A stretch of DNA of 7,749 nucleotides from Amoeboradix gromovi X-113 (Eukaryota > Fungi > Sanchytriomycota). The stretch covers positions 1 through 7,749 of the forward strand of contig JADGIF010000493.1 in assembly GCA_018985225.1 (NCBI GenBank), written 5' to 3'. Both the position numbers and the translations under genes were made by a program. The number at the start of each line of letters is the position of its first letter. The first letter of the stretch is position 1. Shown in pieces: positions 1 to 5,769 of the stretch. The notes beneath the pieces were generated by a model. It was not told where the DNA came from and made no database searches. It worked only from the letters and a program-made list of their open reading frames with translations.

Positions 1-1
1 A

Positions 2-67
2 TTCGCGATAAATGATTTATTCAAGAAAATAGTCAAGCTATTCGTGAAAAATAGAGCCACTGCTTAA
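2..67 (+). CDS. Possible 3' end of an upstream gene (...FAINDLFKKIVKLFVKNRATA*)
   Basis: The only plus-strand frame open from the window edge for more than a few codons. It would leave a 32-nt spacer, similar to the 28-nt spacer at 2782-2809. No motif recognised. Confidence 0.25.
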   Translation, partial: FAINDLFKKIVKLFVKNRATA

Positions 68-99
68 AAATATTCATGATTTAACCTCCTTGTAGTAGT

Positions 100-1275
100 A
101 TGTCACAATTTCGATTGTTTTGCGATTTCGATGGCACTATTTGCAGCCAGGATACGGGAGTGATAGTTATTGATTATGCGAAAAATATAGACAGAAAAGA
201 ATTAGAAAGCAAGGTCTTGAACAACAAACAAACTTACCGTGACGCAGTTACTAGAATGTGGAAATCTGTCAAGACTCCATTAGATAAGGCAAATGAATTG
301 TTACGCGGTGTTGATCTGGACATTGGCACTTCAAAGCTACGGGAGTTCCTAAGTAAGCGATCTTTGCCCTTGTATATCTTGAGTAATGGTTTAGACGTTT
401 TGATTGAACCAATTTTAACTTATCATACCAAAGTAAATGTCAGAAATAACACTTGTGTTCAAGACATCTACCTACTAGCAAACTATGGGTATCCCCGTCC
501 TGAAGGTTGGGAAGTAGTTTGGCGTCATGACAGTGAACATGGCCATGATAAGGCAGAGACAGTGGAAGCTTACTTACTTAAGGGGGAGACAGCTGTATTT
601 GTAGGCGATGGTATTAGTGATATGGCTAGTGTGGAAGCATTGACAAAAAAGAACTTTCCTCTTTTAATCTTTGCCAAGGAAGGTAAAGCACTAGAAAAAT
701 TCTGCAAAACGCAAGGAATTCAATATAAACCATTCAAAACCTTGGTAGATGTGGTTACAGCATTAGAAACGCACGATTTTAGTAATAGCAAGCGCAAAGC
801 TCCTGAAAGCGACGCCCCGTTGCCATTGAAAAAATCAAAGGTTGATAATAAAGAGAAGATTGTCCCAAAAAAATCCAAGACGAGCTCAAAAACTGTTGAG
901 AATGATGCAGCTGACGGAGCCGAATATAAAGTAGGAGACTTTGCGTTGGTATATGTTGAGCGCGATGATCAATTTTCAAAATGTAGGATTGCCGAAGTCA
1001 AGGCCGATAAGTTTGTATGCGAAGATGTGGATGATGATGAGCCTTTTGAGTCTTTAGAGTTAGCCGCATCTGAGATCAGATCCTTGTTAACCAAAAAAGA
1101 TTTTTCGAAGTTGTCAATTGGTGCATCAGTCTTGGCAATATGGCCATCTACTACTGCTGCATATAAAGCTGAAGTTCTCAAAGTACTAAAATCAAAAGTC
1201 CAAGTTAGATCTATGGATGATGATGCAGAGACCGTAAATGTGGCCTTCAGTGATATCTGTTTAGAAGTTGAATAA
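100..1275 (+). CDS. Fusion protein (391 aa): N-terminal HAD-IB phosphatase (PYP1/YNL010W / MtnX-like), Lys-rich linker, C-terminal SGF29-like tandem Tudor domain
   Basis: Uninterrupted ATG..TAA ORF. HAD motifs: I FCDFDGTI (D at 124), II LSNG, III HGHDK, IV GDGISD (604-621), plus the family-typical IFAK. The C-terminal part (~925-1272) has FVCEDVDDDE and VLAIWPSTTAAYKAEV...DD, resembling SGF29 YEVxDxDE and VLALYPxTTxFYxAxV...FED. Confidence 0.85.
   Translation: MSQFRLFCDFDGTICSQDTGVIVIDYAKNIDRKELESKVLNNKQTYRDAVTRMWKSVKTPLDKANELLRGVDLDIGTSKLREFLSKRSLPLYILSNGLDVLIEPILTYHTKVNVRNNTCVQDIYLLANYGYPRPEGWEVVWRHDSEHGHDKAETVEAYLLKGETAVFVGDGISDMASVEALTKKNFPLLIFAKEGKALEKFCKTQGIQYKPFKTLVDVVTALETHDFSNSKRKAPESDAPLPLKKSKVDNKEKIVPKKSKTSSKTVENDAADGAEYKVGDFALVYVERDDQFSKCRIAEVKADKFVCEDVDDDEPFESLELAASEIRSLLTKKDFSKLSIGASVLAIWPSTTAAYKAEVLKVLKSKVQVRSMDDDAETVNVAFSDICLEVE
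790..840 (+). other. Putative bipartite nuclear localisation signal in the HAD-Tudor linker
   Basis: Encodes KRKAPESDAPLPLKKSK, i.e. KR + 11 residues + KKSK, the classical bipartite NLS pattern. More basic clusters follow (PKKSK). Confidence 0.55.
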
Positions 1276-1418
1276 ATTTTTCGATCTGCTTTTTCTTTTT
1301 AAATAGTAATACATTAACATTCTATACATTTTATGTTTGTGCAGCCCATGTCTTTGTTTACCTGGAGCTGCGGGTTTAGTAGTTTGAAGATAAGCCAACA
1401 GTGAAACATATAACACCA

Positions 1419-2781
1419 ATGACTCATTCATCTCATTCGGGTTGGAATAAAGATGTTAATACCACCGAGTTCTGGGTAACCATCACAGCATGTGTAGTCT
1501 TGGTCTTGTTAGGTGGAATATTTGCTGGATTAACTATAGGATTGTTATCCTTGGATGTTACAAATCTTCAAGTTTTAATTGATTCTGGTGATCCTCAACA
1601 AAAAAAATATGCGAAAAAGATATTGCCATTGAGAAAAAAAGGGCATTGGCTCTTATCTACTCTTCTGATTAGTAATGTAATAGTGAATGAGACACTTCCA
1701 ATTCTAACTGAAAGTTTGTACACTGGTGGCTGGATTAGCGTAGCTGTCAGTAGTGGTTTAATTGTAATATTTGGTGAAATTATACCCCAAGCAGTGTGTA
1801 GCAGATATGGGTTGGCGATTGGTGCGTACTTTGCTTGGTTTGTAAACTTATTAATGTACTTGTTAGCTTTCATTACTTGGCCAATTGCAATGCTATTGGA
1901 CTGGCTACTTGGTCCCCATATAGGTTATAACTATAGAAGGCAAGAGTTAAAGGCATTGGTTGGGTTGCTTCACCATGCTCAATCACAGTACAAATTAGAA
2001 TCAGACGAAGTGCAGATCATACAAAGTGTATTGGACCTAAGAGATAAGAAAGTCTTTGATATTATGACCCCAATAGACAACGTATATATGATCAGCGTTG
2101 ACTCAGTAATTAATGACGATCTTTTGAAAGACATTGCAAATGCCGGTCATTCTAGGATACCTGTATATAGAGGAATACAAAAGGGCAGTATAATAGGAAT
2201 GATACTTGTTAAGTCATTAATCCGGTTGCTATATAATCAGGCAAACAAAGAAATTAGGTTGAGGGACGTACCAGATTTAATAATAGGAACTCCAGTAATT
2301 AGCGAGCAGATGCCAATATTTGACGTAATCAATCTATTTCAGGAAGGCAAGTAATTCAAATTAACTTAGAAGTCACATGGCACTAATAATAGATGCGAAA
2401 TGTGGAACTGATGCGGTTAACGATTTAACACCTTTTGGTGATTTCAAAATTGTAAGTCCAAATGACGAGAGAGGCGCTTCCCAAGTGGACAACATGCACA
2501 GTACAAAAGACCTTAAAGTGTTAGGGATAGTCACACTTGAAGACGCAATTGAAGAGATAATAAATGAGGAAATCATAGATGAGACTGATCAATACATTGA
2601 TACCAGGTCTATGTTGCCCGTTGCGCGAATGCTATCCACTAATAAATTTAAAAGAGGTCTTACTCCGATTCTAGGGCCTTTAACTCCAAAAGCTATATCT
2701 AAATATTCTCTGAGTCGCGGAACTAGTCAAGATAGGCTTATAGAAGTAACTGAAATTAATGAGAACACGCCGCTGTTATAA
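1419..2781 (+). CDS. MAM3: MAM3/CNNM-family DUF21 + CBS-pair membrane protein (divalent metal homeostasis); exons 1419-2350 and 2370-2781, 447 aa
   Basis: Motifs LVLLGGIFAGLTIGLLSLD, HWLLSTLLISNVIVNETLPI, FGEIIPQAVCSRYGL, GHSRIPVY and GIVTLEDAIEEIINEEIIDETD. Removing 2351-2369 rebuilds the conserved FQEGK|SHMA motif and joins track ORFs 1401..2354 and 2377..2781 in frame. The first in-frame ATG is 1419 (the track start at 1401 is a GTG); an upstream exon cannot be excluded. Confidence 0.93.
2351..2369 (+). other. 19-nt spliceosomal intron (GTAATTCAAATTAACTTAG), phase 2
   Basis: GT..AG ends and a TTAAC branch-like motif. It contains the in-frame TAA that stops the unspliced ORF. Excision gives AA|A AGT CAC ATG = K-S-H-M, exactly restoring the CNNM EGKSHMA motif. 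Confidence 0.92.
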
Positions 2782-2809
2782 GTAAATTTATTAAAAAAAT
2801 AGGCCATAC

Positions 2810-3551
2810 ATGTTCAATGTTTTTTATACTTTAGTTCTCGGAGCAACCACCGATTTATTCAGATATGGGAATTACTGCGGAGCTGGACATGGTTTATATG
2901 AGATTACAGGAGATAAGGAGTGCTTGGCTAGACTTTTTACAGAGGATGACTGTATCCCACCAATTGACTTACTGGACACTATCTGCTTCTGGCATGACTT
3001 GTGCTTTAGATACTCCCAGCAAAAAAATGGATTCGATAATAGCTGCAATTGTAACAAGGCTATCCTAGATTCCAACTTTGATTACTCTATCCCGCTACCG
3101 ATTGCTTACAATTTTACCGACGATACTGTCATATTTGATGAGGACTCTAGCTGGCCTGTTCCTTATCGAAATGAATCGCTCTTTGATGGATCACCTGTTA
3201 AATGGGCACAAGGATATTGTCAAAATATTGTGGAATACCCAACTACAGTTGGTGATGACACCAATATAAAAAGTGTAGATGACAACACTGTTGGCAAATG
3301 CAATGCTGCTGGGTTTGTTGCGGTACCCTTAACTTATTTAGGAACAGTTATTTCCGGAGATGTACTGTACTTGTGATAAGAAAAGTATGTTGAGAAGCAA
3401 AAAAATTCCATCCAATGGCTGCGCAGACATATTATCCAATAATTCTACCTCAAGTGACATGGATTTAGTGCCATATGTTGCAAGTGACTCTAGTCAAACT
3501 AGAAGATCCCAAGGCTATATGTTGTTAATTTTTCTTAACTTAATAAATTGA
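2810..3551 (+). CDS. Secreted phospholipase A2-like protein, possibly GPI-anchored; exons 2810-3322 and 3342-3551, 240 aa
   Basis: Short hydrophobic N-terminus (MFNVFYTLVLGA), Ca-binding loop YGNYCGAG, catalytic-helix motif PIDLLDTICFWHDLC with the His-Asp pair, and CNC. Splicing 3323-3341 joins it to track ORF 3360..3551, giving GFVA|EQLFPEMYCTC..., a Ser-rich stretch and a hydrophobic tail YMLLIFLNLIN. Confidence 0.8.
3323..3341 (+). other. 19-nt spliceosomal intron (GTACCCTTAACTTATTTAG), phase 0
   Basis: GT..AG ends, same length and 3' consensus as the other two introns. Excision puts the otherwise orphan downstream ORF in frame with the PLA2. No conserved motif spans this junction, so support is weaker than for 2351-2369. 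Confidence 0.8.
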
Positions 3552-5412
3552 TTTATTCCTTCTGATGCTATCATTTTGAAGCGCATTCCTCTCAATCTGC
3601 ACCCACCTATCCTGCAACAGTTTCTTTACTTCATAAAAATCTAAATTAATATTAGGTACTCTTATCAATACTCTTTTCAATCCAACATCTATTTCTTATC
3701 AGTGACAGCAATGGCCATGTAGCCCTTTCACCCTTTAAAATCCAGTAATTTAAATCACTTGGGTATGGGTTATTAAACACATTTTTGTAGTCTTCAAATT
3801 GCAACTCTGGTGCAATTACTACATCACCTTCGAATGTTTCTGCAAACAACCACCTTACCACTCTTACAGGCCAACTGAACATTACAAATAAGTTTTCGTT
3901 CTTATCCTGCTCGTCTAAGTGTGTCATGTTGTCAATTTCGTCATGCATCAAGAATTTTAAGATCCCGTAGTAGGGCATCAGTAGCACGTTTAGAATCGGC
4001 ATTACTAAGATGGCAAGCATTCTCAAGAGAAAGTATATTTGTGATGCCCTGTATCTTGTCTCCATCAATATAAACTTGTAGACTTTTAAATAAAATGATT
4101 CTTTGTCTCTTAACATTTCATCCATAAAAGGAACTGTCAAGAATCCAGCTTCACTGACGATAAAATGATTCACATTGAACAACTCGCTTATTCTTCCATG
4201 TGGCAGTAATGAAGCATTGCTTTGTATTTTAGACTGCCCAGTAGTCGAAGTATGACTGTTTCTGTATTGGGGCGGAGGTATAAAAGAGGTAAGAAAAGCT
4301 GAAGAACGGCGACCATTTGACTTTTTATTTGTCATGCCAAATCCATCTGGCCTCCATTTTTTAATTCTCCCGTTTGAGTCTTTTGCCAATAAATCGACTT
4401 TATTATATAATGGATATGTGCTGCTTACAGATAAGCATGCAGCACTCCATATCAAGACATTAGGAGCTGTTATGTAGTTCAGTAACATCGGATAATCTCC
4501 AGCTCTTTCAGGCTCAATTGCTATGTTTAATATTCTTCTTGTCTTCTTAAACGCTTCCTCAAAAGTATAATCGTCGACATTTTTATGCACACAGTCCTCT
4601 AATACTTTGACATCTAGCAAATATCCATATTTTAAAAACCTCGTCATCTTTCTATGGAAACTGTTTTCCTTATCCTTGCTTACGAAAGAACTCAAGTCTA
4701 CTACTCCCTTTTTGAATAGCTCGGGTAGTTCCTCATTCGTGTGAATGGAAACCAACGCTGCGATCATTGCACCCACAGCAGTTCCACACATTATTCGAGG
4801 TAGAAGATCCTGCTCAAATAAGGCCTTAACAACACCAACGTGCATAAGCCCAATAGTAGCGCCTCCGTTTAGTACAAGAGCAGAATTTCCGAATGCTAAC
4901 CTTGTCTGCGTTAGAAAGAGGTCTTTGTTCTCTAGACTTATACCGTTGAATTCATTTTGAACAATGAAATCCAGTGCATTTGCTGTTTCCTCATTATATG
5001 CCTCTATTAAGTATTTCGTACCGATATATGATTTGGAAAACAGTTTTGCATTTCCAATATTGCCAATGTTCCTGATCAGGCAGCTTCTAATATTGTGAAG
5101 TAGCGTCTTAATGTCTACACTTGAATGCGTCTGATCAAGCACTTCTTCAAGTTTTTGGAATCTTCTATCAACGTACATGCAATGCTCAATGTTAGTGCTT
5201 CGCGAGTTTTGTCGAAATTCATCAAACTTAGAGCGCGGCACATGATTTAATAATGAGTTTAGCTGTGATTCTATTAATTTATAGTCATATAAAACATCTT
5301 TGGAATCAGATTTCCATTCTTCATTTGCAGAAAACTTATCCATTTGTTGAGCTATTTGCACATATTGCTCATAAGAATTAGCTGTTTTTAATTGCCGTAA
5401 AAAATCTCTCAT
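3540..5412 (-). CDS. TGL3: TGL3/TGL4/SDP1-family patatin-like lipase homolog with degenerate nucleophile motif; exons 5412-3660 and 3640-3540, 617 aa
   Basis: N-terminal DUF3336-type region (ANSYEQY...EEWK...YDYKLI; GNIGNAKLFSKSYIGTKYLIE), FGNSALVLNGGATIGLMHVGVVKAL, TFEEAFKKTRRILNI, LLNYITAPNVLIWSAAC, SELFNVNHFIVS and GERATWP. The spliced C-terminus reads IEKSIDK|NFYEVKKLL...RRNKSIY*. The 5' start is uncertain because upstream exons are possible. Confidence 0.88.
3641..3659 (-). other. 19-nt spliceosomal intron (GTACCTAATATTAATTTAG on the minus strand), phase 1
   Basis: GT..AG ends. It contains the in-frame TAA that ends the track ORF at 3652. Excision opens a 33-residue final segment that fills the gap to the neighbouring gene. 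It matches the other two introns in length and consensus. Confidence 0.85.
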
Positions 5413-5769
5413 GGCTGTTTCAAAAATATGTTACAAGCCTATATTTTGCTCACAACCGCTATCGCTTCTAATTGAATAAACCAATTACAAAATAAGTTTA
5501 ATTGTTGATCAAGCCAGCAATTGTTGCAAATAAATCACATTTTTTCATTCTTAAAGCCGTTTTTAAGCATCTAGGAGCATCATCCAGTCTATCAGTAGTT
5601 TCTTTAGATGAACATATTCTGGATCGCAGTCGAGGACCCATTTGCGATTGTTTAAATGAGAGGTTACTGAGATATTATTCAACTAAAAAACAAGAAAGTT
5701 ACCAAATTGTAGCGATATAGCTTCACGATGATTGGCTTTTTATTAAAACAAGGAATAATTTCTTGTGTC
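5413..5769. promoter_or_regulatory. Head-to-head intergenic region, probable bidirectional promoter and 5' UTRs
   Basis: Lies between the divergent starts of the patatin (-) and SNF2 (+) genes. Position is the only evidence; no specific promoter element was recognised. Confidence 0.45.

Noticed and set aside
779-1181. Minus-strand ORFs 779..979 and 969..1181
   Set aside because: Antisense shadows of the HAD-Tudor gene with no recognisable motifs.
1358-1365. TTACCTGG, resembling the U1 snRNA 5' end
   Set aside because: It is preceded by GT, not AC, and no recognisable U1 stem-loops or Sm site follow.
2352-2376. Pseudogene, frameshift or split-gene reading of the broken MAM3 ORF
   Set aside because: One clean GT-AG excision restores the conserved motif exactly, and two more same-length elements behave the same way in neighbouring genes.
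1595-3269. Small ORFs 1595..1873, 2373..2576, 2865..3068, 2872..3075 and 3078..3269
   Set aside because: Antisense or off-frame shadows within the well-supported MAM3 and PLA2 genes.
1273-3654. Stop-codon reassignment (TAA/TAG read as Gln) to explain the premature stops
   Set aside because: The breaks need frame changes, not read-through. TAA ends genes at sensible positions, and the long ORFs have no internal TAA/TAG.
5461-5469. ATCGCTTCT, matching the start of metazoan U2 snRNA
   Set aside because: No GTGTAGTA branch-pairing sequence or stem I follows; a chance 9-mer.
5502-5720. 72-aa plus-strand ORF in the divergent gap
   Set aside because: It starts at TTG, has no in-frame ATG and no recognisable motif.
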